This document shows positions 40,344 to 55,000 of a stretch of 64,000 bases of DNA, in pieces. Positions within the stretch are counted from its first letter, which is position 1, and each line of letters begins with the position of its first letter. The notes under the pieces are model-generated. The model did no database searches and was not told where the DNA came from. It saw only the letters and a program-made list of their open reading frames with translations. Source of the DNA: Tubulanus polymorphus (Eukaryota; Animalia; Nemertea); NCBI RefSeq assembly GCF_964204645.1, contig NC_134030.1, positions 22,218,210 through 22,282,209 of the forward strand, given 5' to 3'. The position numbers and the translations under genes are program-made.

Positions 40344-43063
40344 CTAAGATAGCAATAAATGTACACTCACTCTTTTTTTGAGTTTGTTAAGTTCTGAGTC
40401 GATGCGGTTTTTCATCATAACTCGGTTGCTGGCTTGGCAACGGAAATACAGGTGAGATAGGTGCGGAAGATTTTCGATTAATTCGACGATTGATTTGACG
40501 AATGGATCGATATCTTCCTGTGTATCAAAGCTCTCTTCGAAAACGTTGAACTCTAACAGACGAAGCAACGAGACGTTTTTAAGAAGTCGTAAGATTTCAC
40601 AATGCTGTTCGGTGCTTTTAAGTGAGCTTGTGATACCGATATTTTTCAGCTGATTTACCGCGTCTGATGATAGATACTGAACAAGTGCTTGGTAATCAGA
40701 CTCTATCTTTACATCTACCGATAAAACAGTCAGCCGCCGCAGGTGAGGCAGAATGCGGCTTTTTTCTAAACTAGATCTGTGACAAGAAAGAAGCTTTAGT
40801 TTCGACATTGAAGCGATGCAATCACTGATTTTTGTCGATTGATCTTTGGTTAGTTGAATCTGATCAAGATGAATTGTTTCGATCTTTGAAGATCTTAAGG
40901 TGCTGTTAAAATCTTCCAAATCTGTATCGGTCATTTCTTCATTGAAAATTCTCCCATAAGGCTTGGATTTCTCTCCGCCTCGAAGATGAATAGCTTTCAA
41001 GTCCGGAATTATCTCTGTCAGCCCGATATGTATAGGTTCATTCGGAGGCACACGGAGATATAGATGCTTTAGGGATGGAGAGAATTTGCGAATATTGCCA
41101 AAAATTTTCCCACTAGCCTCGGTTTTGATGTACAGAATTTCCTCTTTGTATTGTGTGGATGGATCACGAGTGATCGACTGAACGTCATCTTCAGATTCAA
41201 TCAATCGACTCGTTTTTATCCAGTCACAATCGAGTTTCTTGTAACCGATACGGAATTCTCCTTTCAATAGGTCCTCAAACCAGTACATACTGTTGCTCTT
41301 CTGACACAATGCCAAGTACGGATCACTGTCTATTGAACAACACGTCTCCCGTGCGATAATCATACCCTGAAGACGAGTGTTACTCGCTATGGCTGTTTCA
41401 AATGCGCAGTATTCGCCAGTGCCGGATTTCAGTTCGTAACTCATAACTCTTAGATAAACTACCTCGATCGGGCATCGTTTGTGTTCGAGTATTTTTGCTA
41501 GTACATTTATTTGCACGTCGCTAGTTATATTTACAATCAACATTTTTCCGATGTATTGAAATATTTCACTAATGGCGTCGTCCGGACAGTCGGCTTCATT
41601 CAGGTAGATTGACAACTGATCAGATAACCAATAGCTTTCAGATTTGAGTTCGATGTAGCGTTCGTAATCGGGAAGGGCCGCCATCTGGAAACTTTTATCA
41701 TCGTTGATTATATCATCGAAACCTTCCTCATCAATAGTGACTGCTTTTAAATGTTCATCTATTAAAGTCTTGAAAAGTTCACCGAGGCCGCGGTTATACT
41801 TGTAACGATACAGCAGCCCTGCCATGAATCTCGGGTATAATTCACCATATTTCTCAAGTTTGTCCGGTAGTTGTTCAAACGCGCATTTGTCCCAGGGTAT
41901 TTCACCACTGTTGTTGAATTGCACGACCGAGTGTACCGCCGCCAGAAATTCCTGCACAGATTTGTGTATGAACCGTAGCTGGACGGAGCTGTCTGATTTC
42001 CGTCGCGGCGACATCTCTTCGCACGTCAAAGCCGTCCTCTTCGATTCGTCGAGTTTGAGACGATTTTCGCTGAAACTGTTTTGATGCGCGATGAGCGTCT
42101 CATACGCGACTTGACAAATTTCTTCAAGCGCCTCTGAATTTGCGATGTCGCCAAAAAAACATTCCTTCGACAACTTGAAGCCCTCACGTTTACTGATTAG
42201 AAAACATGTCAAATCGATGTAGATATCGGTGAGTTTTGATGGTATCGTAATTTCTTCCTTTTCCATATACAGAAAACAAAACATATGTAGTATCAGCGGG
42301 TTGTAGTAGATACTTTCAAATAAAGGTGGCGCTGCGGTTTTAAGCATGTTGAATAGCTGTTTTGGATCGCGCTTGGGGAATTTTCTCCTCATAATATCGA
42401 TGACTTCTTCCTGTTCGAAGCCGGATATCGATACAACGGTGAATTTGGGATCAGTGACGATCTTGCTGCCCCCGGACTCACGTGTTGTTATGACGATATG
42501 CGCTTTCGGTAATTCTTTGGTCACGTGTACGATGTCTTCCTTCGCTTTATCGTTTTTCAACTCGTCGAAGCTGTCAAGCAAAAATATCGATTTTTCTGCA
42601 TTTTCCTGAACGAATTCTTTAAAACCATCAAACGGCGGCCCGTCTTTTTCGATTACTCGATTCAAAAGATGTTTGTAAATGTACGTATAAATACAAGCGT
42701 TATCAGCGGGCAGTTCATTTAACGGTATATAGAATAACATAGGAAATCTTTTAAGAAACGGTGATCGCTCCCATGACAACACTTGATTAACAATCTGTGT
42801 AGTTTTACCCATACCGGGTTCACCCACGAGGCACACGCGATTCATAGCACGCACGTCATAAGTGAAAAGCTTCTCAAAATCATCGGGTAAAATCACCGAC
42901 TGCTCCTCACTTCCTTGTTTTCGGGGTCGAATTTTTGCGTGTTCTTTGGTAAAAATGTCGTTGAAATTGATAAATTTATCGCTCCACCAAACCTCTTTGT
43001 ACTCTTCAACATCGATCATTCGTTTATAAGTTTCTTCCAGATACCTCCGAACTCGAGTAACAT
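40344..43063 (-). CDS. Terminal exon: NACHT NTPase plus LRR-like C-terminus (NLR-type)
   Basis: Walker A GEPGMGKT, Walker B IFLLDSFDE, sensor 1 IVITTR, NPLILHMFC, winged-helix FIHKSVQEFLAA. C-terminal LxxLxL repeats (LKHLYL, LKAIHL, LKLLSC, LTVLSV, LRLLEF, LSHLYF). Phase-1 acceptor TTTTTACAG| at 43064 with an open frame through to the ORF. Confidence 0.93.
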
Positions 43064-46000
43064 CTGTAAAAACAAAATCAGTTAAGGATTTTTGAAGTTT
43101 AGAGTGATATTAGACATCATGTGTACAAAGTGTAAGATATTGATCAACAGTTGCTATGCTGTTTTTCCCTGGTGATACGCGGGATTTACGCGAAGCAGTA
43201 GAACGCGACCATGGCCACATATTCATTATGTACAGGATATGGAATGAATTTCAATTATTTCAGATGTTAGTGTTTCAATGCACAATATAACTAGATGGTG
43301 TGATATGGCGAAGTAAATAAATGATAATAAAGCTGAGGGCAGTAAAGCTGATGAAGTGTACAGTAGTCAAAAACATATAAAATGGCGTAGTTAGTTACAT
43401 ATAACTATGTGCAGTGAATTGCAGACGAAACATGATGCCTTAATGGCCGTTTACAAAACAGATTATAGCAATCACAATAGATACGCTTTTAATTTGGATG
43501 AACAGTCAACAGTCGACAAGGATTCGCGCCTAGGATTTCGTCCAACCGACTGTGACGGGTACATTTTAAATGAGGGAGAATTGTAAAATAAAGTTGAGAT
43601 AGAACCTTAATCAAAATTCTGTCCATTTCTAAATTTGTTTCGACGTCCTATTTTACTAATTTGTAGTCGTTGTTTTGTAAGAACAATGAGGGGTGGCAGG
43701 TTGTCGTAATAATAAACCAAAAATAAACCTTACTGTCCGTGCCAGTCAAAAGCTATCCAGTGGCGGTTTTAGGATACATCACATGCCTCGCGCGAGGCAC
43801 TCGAAAATCCGAAATTCCCTTCTTGGACCAAGGCAGAAGAAATTCGAAATGGATTTGAAAAGTTTTCAAATGTCAGGCAAAATATCCCGAGTGTTTCGAA
43901 TATTCAATCGCAGGTTATTCGGAGTATTTTATGCCGTAGTGCGTTCGCATAAAAAACCTGCTCAAATAAACCGAATTCTTGAATAAAACTCAAACAAATC
44001 CTCTTTCGTAAAATTCTCAAAAATATGAAACCCACGGCTTTCAACTTTGCGTAACATTCAGAAAAATAGATTACGAAATAATTTTTTCAGTTTTCAATTT
44101 GCCCATTAGTAGTAAAATAACAGGCTATTGAAATTGCGTGTGAGTGCGCTAAAAATAGCTTTTAGCGTAGTGTATCAAGCATAGGAATGATTATCGATCG
44201 GCCAGACCGTTGACATGAGCTACAAATTTTCAATTGATTTCGGTTACAAAATGTCCTCTGGGGGAGTGTATGTATGTGTCCTATGACAGTGCTAATACTT
44301 AACAAATACCAAGACGATAAGTTAAAATCACTTGAAATCTTCTTCCAAAACCGCTTAAGATAAAATTATCAATGATAATAACCTAGAAGATTGACTGATC
44401 AAAAAACCCGTCTGATATGCTAGAGAACCCTTCCCAAAGAATACCCATGATCAATTTCAGCCGTTTTGATTCTGATCGGGCCAGATTTTGAGCCACAGAT
44501 GTTAAACAAAATATTAGTTTGCTCAAACACGAAGACCGTTTTAAAATCCATGGCTCGACGAAAAAATTCAAACTTCATTTTCCATCCTCATTTTCATATC
44601 ATTTATCAAAAAATGTTGATCATGCGTTTAACTGTTCAGTAGAGATAACAGATTAGAATCATAAATACCGGATTAACCTAATCAGGATAAGTTAAATCCG
44701 GGTTTTGACATTTCATTCTGTTACGACTCTTTATCAATTTGTATCTAACAGAATACGATTTTAAATCTGGATTTCTCATAAACCGGATAAATTTCACCGG
44801 TTCCCCCAGTAATCCGGATTAAACCAGTTTAATCATACTTAAAACCACAATTCAACCTTACGAAAATGAAACTTAATTTCATTGAATTGAAACCGGTAAA
44901 AAAATTAATCTTAATTTCATCTCAATCTCGTGGATTAACTTCCCAAACTGTTTAATCTTGATCTTGGATTAAATCAGAAAGTGACGACTGTATAATTTAC
45001 TTACTCGACTCCTCTACCAGGAAACCGAGCTTTTTTAATTCGCCTGAAAAATGAAATGAAATTCATTAATTAGGAATATCATGATAACACTAAATCAACT
45101 TCAAACTTCAACTAGGGGTCCAGGTACACCATGCCCACCTGCGAAGTGGTTTCAAAGCATCCACAATCAATATTCAATATTCAATGCCCCCTGCCGACCA
45201 TACACAAAAACCAATGACATTGAAACTCACCACAATCATAGAACATGTCAGCAGCTTCGATTTTGTAATTGATCGTGATAACAAAATATGCCTGGGTACC
45301 AATATAGGCCTAATAAGGAAATACTAAGTTATTCTACTATTCAACACCCCCTGATAACCATATGTAAAAACTAATGACCTTGAAACTCACCACAATCATA
45401 GAACATGTCATGCGCTACAACTTTGCAATTGATTATGGTAACAAAATATGCCTAGGTACCAATATAATATGGAAAAACATTTTTTTTACCTACGAATGAG
45501 TACTGATGACACCAATATGGCCGCCAATCGTCATAATTGCCTCATCAAATATACCTGTCTCGGGTATAAAACATACCTTTCCAAAGAATACCCATCACAA
45601 ATTGCAATGAGAAATGGCAAACCAGTAGGAAGCTACAGGACTACATTGACATTTTTGGGCACTAAAAAGGTCATAGGACGGCAATCTTGAGTCTGATCGA
45701 CCAGATTTTTCTCATGCTGATGAACCCTTGGGGAATTCAAATATATACGAAAGATCAAGGTTATTGATGAAAGCGTCTTCAAAATTTCCCTCGAAAACTT
45801 CAAACATGTGTAAAAAGTGCTGATTTTGGCGAACAACAATGGCTGCCAGTCGGCCATCTTGATTCTGACAGGGCCAGTATTTAGTGTGAAGATGTGTCTA
45901 GGGTAGATAGATGTGTAACCCAAATATCAAGACATTACCTTGAAGCTTCTTCAAAACCTCCCAAAATAACTGGATTCCGTCTACGGACGGACGACGGACG

Positions 46001-49000
46001 AAAAGTGAACGCAATAGCCCGCTGAAGTCCCAAGTGGGCTAACAAGTAAAGCTTCTACAGACATCATTGATTGTTCCTACAAGTGTTGCATGTATACTGC
46101 TTGTATACAAGGCAAAATGCCCAATCCCTCGAAGAGAGGTACTCATGAGATGTACCAATGAGATGTGCTCATGAGATGTACTCATGATATTTACTCATGA
46201 GAGGTACCCGTACTCACTAGCGCTATGACTCCTCACTATTTCAATGCAATCACCCAAACATTTGTCAACTGAAATGAAAACAAATAGATAAGTAAATAAT
46301 TTAAGTTGATACGAACTGTGACCAAAGAGTGACGACTTAAAACACTCATTAGTTTAACTCTTAAAATCTGTGTCCACGTGTATTATGTGCAAGGTGCAAT
46401 ACAATTACATACATATGTTGATCTAGGTGTACATTTATATGTCATGATTGATGAATATAATCTTCAATGAATTCAACGCCACAGTTTTCTTAATCTGAAA
46501 AATGAGTTGTTATTGTATTGATATTCACCTGTTTCTGTCAGTTCAGTTGTATTTGTTTCACTGTCAATTTCATCTCCTATTCAAACAGAACAAACAATTA
46601 TTATTCAAAACCTGAAAATCAGATCATTTAATAAAACGTTCAGTGAAACAAAAATTCACTATTTACCGAAACATTCTTGGACTTGTTTCCAATAACCTGT
46701 GTTTGTCTTTAAAGTTTTACTGGTAAATTTACTGAGTTCAGACACTATATGTAATAAACAATAGACAAGTTTTTATACAATAGAATTCTATTATAAATCA
46801 CAAACTGATTTCACTGTGGGTTAGCGGTAAAAATCCCCTTGGTAAAAATTCCCTCCTTTTGAATGCAGTCTAAGTAGATGCAATCATATTTCATATAATT
46901 GATACATAGATCGAATTTATTCATATTTTATTGTGAAACACCATTAGGATATCGTGAGCATACAAACTATTGTATATACTATTTGAATTAAAACATAAAA
47001 CGAATAAACGGTTCATTAATACTAAATTGGTACCGTACTTAAAGTTATCGCAGTTAATGAAAGGGTTCATCGCACATTTCAAACATATTACACTAGCTTG
47101 AATCTAAAATATTCCAAATTAAAAAGTTCATTTTTTCTAATAATTCATGGCATCGCGCTGCTCAAATATACCACAAGTTACCAAAAGTTCACAGTTAAAG
47201 AAAAATTTCCAGTTCGATTTTTACCTAGGGGATTTGTGAACTTACTCGCGCGAGATATATCATATTCCCACTGTTTTGATGACGAACTGCTGCGAGCCTC
47301 TTTACATTTCTCTTTTAAAATAGTCTCTAGTGAATCTGTAATTATACAATGTTTCGATGTTCGAGGAGCAAAGAAAACTTAGATCCATTGTCGACACCAT
47401 TGTTACATAGGGTACAAATAGGTTCCTCTCTAACTGTATTATCCCATCTCCCAGTTTCCACCGGAAACTTGTGGTTGCATGTTCTGAATATTATATGGTT
47501 GTCTGGTATATTAGATATTAAGTATGGTTTAGTACTAAATCCTGCTTGAATGAACTGTAGTACGAGCCTTTGGAAGAGATAGAACATAATCAACTCCTCC
47601 ATCTCAGCAAAAAATGATCTCTTAATCTCTGGCGAAGAGATACTTTTGGGAATTGGGAATAATTGGCTTAGTATTGAACCAATAGTATATAAAATGTTTT
47701 TGATATTTACAAATTTGCAATTGTTTTTGATACTTCTTTTTTTGTGTAGGCCATAAAGAGCTTGATAGATTGCCCCTGATCTCCACCCTTACTCAGTACC
47801 AGTCGACCTTCACCCTTACTCAGTACCAGTCGACCTTCACCCTTACTCAGTACCAGTCGACCTTCACCCTTACTCAGTACCAGTCGACCTTCACCCTTAC
47901 TCAGTACCAGTCGACCTTCACCCTAACTCCCGGTACTGATTTAATTTGTTAATTAAAACACCTAACAGTCAACAGTATTCACCTTTAAATCCCGGGATTC
48001 TGTTTGCAATAATTTGTTTGATATGAAACACTGAAAAAGAATAAACACAATAGATTACTGCAGGGTCAGAGAAACATGTTCTATGTCTTTTTAATAGCTT
48101 GTTCTACGGGGTAAACCTATTAAAATATCATTTCGGAGGAAATAAGAATTTAAATAAAAATTCCCTTAGTAAGATTAAAATCAGGATGAGGGAACTGTCG
48201 ATAGGGCAATATATGTTCAAACAAACGATTCTTGGAAAGTTCGAATTATTCACACTGTGATCAAAAAAGAACCTCGCGTATTTCAAATTTCATCATTCGG
48301 TGGAGGTGAACAAATTCTTTTTGCTCGTTTTTTCACTGAATTCGTCCCACAATTATTTTAATTTGACTTTTCTTCGGAGGCCATAAACCAAGCTTCAAAA
48401 AAGGCCCAAACCAGAGAATAGATATTGAATGTTTATAAAAGGCTCGCAGTATTGAAGATCAGTGAGGAATATCTGTTACTCTGACATTTCAAGCAGAAAA
48501 CTTCTATCCATCTTCAGAGATCTATATTCAGCTTCGAAGCCACTACTTTTGATTTCGAGTCACCACGAAGACAGTAATATTCCCCCAAAACTGTAAAACA
48601 AGCTGCAATTCAACCTGCAGGCTATTTGCATGAACTTAGGAAGCATTTCAGTTTTAAGCGTTCTGAACAGCTATGCTGGACTTAATAGAGCTGTGTAAGA
48701 ACCACTATGTGACGTCACATCTTAAATAGTTGAGACTACTTTCAGTCTTGAATATCATGAAGAGAAAAACCCACAATATAGATCTAAAACACCAGCTCTT
48801 GTTTTTTCTTAACGCTGTTTCATCTGGTTGTGTCCTATTAATATCCCTTCAGTAGAGGTTCCTGGTGTGACACTCCCTACTTTAAACCATACTTCAAATA
48901 AACTCTTAAGATGGGCGGAAGAATTCCACCCAAAACATTAACACTAAAAAACAAGAGCGCTTATTTTAGATCTGTATTGTGGGTTTTCTCTTCACGACAT

Positions 49001-52000
49001 ATCATATCATTCATTGATTAATTAGATAAGTCTTTAACATGTAAGTTGTTATCAGTACTTACTCGCTATTTCATCTTTAGCTGAAACACAGAAAACAACA
49101 ATGACTTACGAATAAACATTAAGTAGATCTAAACAGTTACATTCATACAGTTCACTTAAACAGTATGTAATTAATTCTACATAATTCTTTGTTATTTTGG
49201 TCTCAATTAAAAGTGTAATCAGAATTGATTTATTTGTAATATCATTGCACTTTAAACTTCAACCTTGAATTTTACTCACTACTATAGACTACAATTCCTC
49301 GTTTCTTTAATTCCACTGAAATCACAAATAGAAATTGAATATGAATTCAGCAATAAATCAATCCGCGATGAAAAGTGAAACAATACTTATCAGCTTCAAA
49401 ACGTTTTACATGGACATTTGACACGAAAATGCGACATGTGACATGTGAATAAATTACGAACATGTCGATGAAGATGTTTTATCTAACTAAATTGAGCATT
49501 TGACCCTACATGAAACGTGTAACCATGTATAATTTGGGAATATGTGTTTGTTATATGTTTGTGCACATGTGCATGTTACATATAATATATATGAGCATTT
49601 TGTATGTATATACGTTTTTACATGCATGTATAATTTGATATATAAAATTGATATTTACTTTCATTCATATCAGTGATATATTTAAACGCCTGACAAACTG
49701 AACTGTGAATTATTCTGTTCAATTCCTCCTCATTTTTTCTCTCTTCATTTTCCTCTTGTTTCAGTTTCTCTTCGAGTTCTTTCAGAAATCTTTCAGCTCG
49801 TCCAGCGTACAATTCTAAAAGTGATTCACCGTGAAAACAATGAGAAATTGAGATCCACAAAACCTTGAGATTGAAAAATGATGGAATAAACCCTGCTGAT
49901 TCTGATGCAATCCTTACATAGACCTCGTACCTTTGGTAGATTCAATAACTGCGATTTTCAATTTAATTTCTGAAAAAAAGAATATAATTCATGACTACAA
50001 CACAGCATCCACTACTGGTGACATCAACACATCTATTTTAATCTATCCAAATATTTGAAAGAAGTTCTGTTCCTGTTTCTGGTTTATCAGAAAATCATGT
50101 AAAATCATAATGACTATAAAATATCGTTTAAAGTGCATCGTTAATTGCTAGCCATTTGTTTTTAAGCGTCTGCTTTCGACCCTTGACCTCAATAGTCATA
50201 GTTTATTACTATGAGTTTCTTACCTAAAACATTTCGGCTTATTTTATAAATACCTGAAAAAACAGTTGAACAACTAGATTAACACATCAGAAACTGATTT
50301 CCAAAAATGCCACATTCTGACAGAAATCCACCCCATTAGGCTCCGAGCCCCCTGGGCCATCTTTTAATGATGTTTATTTACCGGGTATTATCAGAGCCAC
50401 TACATTGGAATCCAATATGCATGAACCAAAACATAAGTTTTTTCACGCTGTTATTAATTTTCAGAAAAAGATACAGCAGCTTTCTTGGATGCAGCAATTT
50501 AGATATTTTTGGAACCACCCACTAGAGAAAGGGACGGCTCCTAATACGTACTACGATTGATTTTGAACAGACAGTGGAACCAATGATATTGCGTGGCTTT
50601 CTCGTTTAAACGCGACTGATTTTTAATAGATGAACTCGGTCTGAAGAATATTCACATCGATACAAATTGTGATCTAGCAATATTCTTAGTTTCCGCATCG
50701 ATTGCCACCGTGCAATAACCTATACTTAATAAGTGGCTCTGAATCAAAACAGATGCCTTTAACAATCTGATGACATGATCATCAAATAAGTCAGCTCAAA
50801 GCACAAAGATTGTTTACACTTACTTTTATCTAGTTCTGTAGAATTGTTCTCTTCTAATATCTGCAAACTTGACTCCGATAAAACTGATTCTACAAATAAA
50901 TACATGAGTAAAATAATGCAATAGCCCGATGCGACTAAGTCTCAAGTTCAGGGAAACCGCGCCACTTTGGGAAGAGAGTTGAAATGCACAACAATCAGAA
51001 AATCTTAATATTCAACGCCCCCTGGCGATCATATAAAGAGATGAATGACCTAGAAACTCACCACACATTTCCATAGATCGCGTTATGAGCTACAATTTTG
51101 AAATTGACTGGTATAAGTTTTGAAATTGACTGGTATAAGCCTTTCATTTCTTTTACTTCTATTTGATTTTACGGCAGAGTCGACATACAATTATGTCCCG
51201 AGAAAAAATGTCATTTTGCTTATAATTCATTGCATCGCACAGCTCAAATACAAGTAAACAAGAGTTCACAGTTAAAAGATAAAGCTAACAAGAGTTTACA
51301 GTTCCGAATTTTAAGACATTACTAATAAAAAGTTCAATTATTATTATTAATTCTAACAATTTAAGAGTTTACTTAAGAATTTATCCCAACGAAAGATTTC
51401 ATTGCACAGTTCAAACATATTTCAGTCTCATTGCTTTGAAATGTTTTTGAAAATCACCAAGTGTAAATAAGAATATCAGGTCCAATGTTAATAAATTCTT
51501 GGCTTACTTCTCCTCATATTTCCTTCTGGCATCTTTACCTCTGGCATTTTTACCTATGGTGGAATTTTTCCTCTGGCATTTTTACTACTGGTATTAAAAC
51601 CTATGGCATTTCTACCTCTGGCATTATTATCGCGTACCACAAAAAACCAATGACCTCGAAACTCAAACACAATTATACAACGAGCTTCGACGATTGATTG
51701 TAGTTACAAACTACGCGTAGGTGCCAATTGGCAAATTGTATATTATTCAATATTTAACTCCCCCTGGTGGCAAAAACAAAACATTGACTGATTCCAAATT
51801 CCATGTAAGGAGATGAATGCCAATAATAATCAAATATAAGCACATCATTAATAAAACTTAAAACCGGTTGTTGTTTTCCTGAAAAAAAAAGTTTTCCATT
51901 TAGAAATGAGTACTGATGACGCTGAGGTTGATATTGACCAGATCAGTCAAAACAGGAATTTCATATTGCATTCGTCATGAAGTGGATTAATTTAATTGTT

Positions 52001-55000
52001 GACAATTATTGTTCCACATTACCAGGTAGCTAGTTTTATTGCACCTCAGATCTCACATTAACCAATTATATGAAGATATTAGCAAAACGAAGACATTTTA
52101 ATTCTTACCACAAACATCTTTGTTCGAAAAACGGTACTGGTCGGCCACTCCCATTTCTGTAACACAGAATATCAAGACAGTAATATTTACATTTATTTAG
52201 GAGTTTCATAAATACAATTTTATGACAATATCTGAATAAATGGTAGATACTCTTGCAACAAACCTTTCTGTGTTTCATCGCTAACCTTCTTTTTATCTAT
52301 TTGTCTGACGAGGTTTTCTGTAATTAAACAAAATGTTTAACACGTTTATAATTGTCAGCCCCCCCCCCTGATAGATGAACTGAAAACTCACCATTCTGTT
52401 GTTTAACTTCTTTATTAAGTGTTTCCTTAACAAACTTTTCTATAAAAAGATACAGTGATATATCAGTTATAATTGAACAGCCTCAGCACCAGTTTAAACA
52501 TCATAGTGAATATTATAACTTACCAGCAATTTCAACAGTTGCTGAAATATAACGTAAAAGTGTTTGAAGAATATATTTCGCACATGACTCTGAAGTACAG
52601 ACAACTCGCATGTACATGTAACTCAGTTGTACATGTATGTACAGAGAACTAACTTGCACATGTACAATAGATTATAAAGCACATGTATTTTACAAACAGT
52701 TGTGGATAAATGAGAATTAAAACCTACGTTTTATGTTGGCTATTCCTCGTTCACATAATTCAGCATCTACAGTAAAAATAAACACAATCAATTATTCAAT
52801 GATTTCACAACAAACTCCACAGTATTTTTACTGAAATGATTTATGGAACCTACCGGACATTTTAGCAAAGTAATCAACAATAGATTCAACTGCTGAACCA
52901 ACTGAAAATATAGAAATTCATTATTACCGTTTACTGGAGAGAAAGCTGATTTTTTTTCGAAGGAAATACATTTTTCAACCAGAAAGACTTTTTCGTCAAA
53001 AGTGAACAATTTTTAGTAGTAATTCCAAATTATAGTACTACGAAGACTTTTTAAAACTCGTTGGAATCCTGTGTAGAGAAGCACATATAAAAGTAGAACT
53101 CAAGATAGGCTACAATTCATAGTTTTACAGACCATTTTTGATAAACTCTTTCTCTTTGTTTGTAAGGGGTCTTTTCTCTTCATTCGATTTGTCACTCAAA
53201 CTAACATGAACTTCATCTGAAACACGTTAAAACATGAAACACTTGATACATAATGTTTCTCGTCAAGTCGTGAGTTGATTTATCCAGAAAAAAAAACTTC
53301 ATTCTTTGACGACGAAAGATTTACAAGATGAACTGCAACTATTTTTATGCTGCATGCTACTACTAGTTTGTATCAAATCTTACTTAATTTGTCTCTTTTA
53401 TTCTGGATTGTATATATGTCTCATAATTTTGCCATAACTTAAGTACTCCTCATGATTACAATTAAGATAAATCGGGATAAAATAAAAATGACAAATAACA
53501 TCTCAACTCGAAACCTGATTTCTAAACCCTCTACCAGCCACTTCTATCAGGATTATGTAATATGGTATTCTGGAATAGTTAGAGTCTATACTGGTAGAAA
53601 CGAATAATATGGAATTCTGGAATCTGTAGAATTGCAACCTGCCAAAAGACTGGCGGCAATCTTGAATAACTTCGTCACTTTTCGAACACAGCTGAACAAA
53701 CTGATCTATCGACAGTGGATGATAATCCGGTAGAGACCAATCAAAGTCTAAACGACTGCCATCTTTTCAAATCAGATTTTCCATATTTCCAGAAGGGTGC
53801 ATAGATGGGTGTATAGCTGTACAAAATGATCTATCAAACAGTGAATAATAACGATACCTTCATCTCTATTGTAAACTGCATCAGCGCCATCTATTGACCT
53901 CTTCTCGTTCAGTAATGTATCTGTAATACATTTACAAAATGAGTTGACAGTAGAATAATAATCAATAAACTCATACATCAATAACTGTATTCAATCAACT
54001 CTTACCGATCTCATTTGATAGTTTCATTTTTAAATTCTTTATTCTAAAGTATTTTCCTGTCAATAGATAATTATAAACACATTTGAATCGATGATTCGAG
54101 TTGAAGAGGAAATATTGAGTCGTTTCGTAAACTTACTTAGGATTTCTTTCACCAAATCTAACATACCTGAAAATACATTGATCAAACTCTACTTAAACTT
54201 AAACACATGTGCATGTAGACAAATCACATGTGCATACACACTTCACATGTCATGTGAACTGCTCACGTTTATTGACGTGTGCACTTACGTGCAATCATGT
54301 ACACCTATGTTAACTTACATGAACATGTTTCCGCAACTCACAACTTACTATGTATCAATCAAATGTCAATGCACACATAACTCACATGCGCATGTTTACA
54401 TACATCACATGCGCATGTGTACATGAACTTAAAACAAACTATAGGTAAACAATAACTTACTTTGATCATGTGATAACCGTTGGAACAGGTATTCTCTGAT
54501 AGCTATTGCTGAAATGAAATATAGAAAGCATTTGTTCAATATTTGAATAAACTGTGCATCAAACAGTTTGAATTACTGCTGGATGAAGATAGGAGGCAGA
54601 TGTGTCATATTTAGAGACAGACAGTATCCATGATTGGAACCAACCAACGAAAGCTGTTCCAGTTCTGTTCCTCCCTGGCATCAGAGACCCACATCACCTC
54701 AAAACTTACTCTCACTACTCTTACCTCTCACTCCTCTTACCTCTCACTCCTCTTACCACTCACAACTCTTACCACTCACTACTCTCACCTCTCAATACTC
54801 TTACCACTCACTCCTCTTACCACTCACTACTCTTACCACTCACAACTCATACCACTCACTACTCTTACCTCTCACTACTCTTACCTCTCACTCCTCTTAC
54901 CTCTCACTACTCTTACCACTCACTCCTCTTACCTCTCACTCCTCTTACCTCTCACTCCTCTTACCTCTCAATACTCTTACCACTCACTCCTCTTACCACT

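Noticed and set aside
40344-43019. Stand-alone 891-aa single-exon NLR starting at Met 43019
   Set aside because: The frame stays open to a good phase-1 acceptor at 43064, and compatible exons continue upstream. An internal start cannot be fully excluded.
49659-49969. Single 311-nt exon
   Set aside because: Contains an in-frame TGA. It resolves into two symmetric exons, 49969-49931 and 49814-49659.
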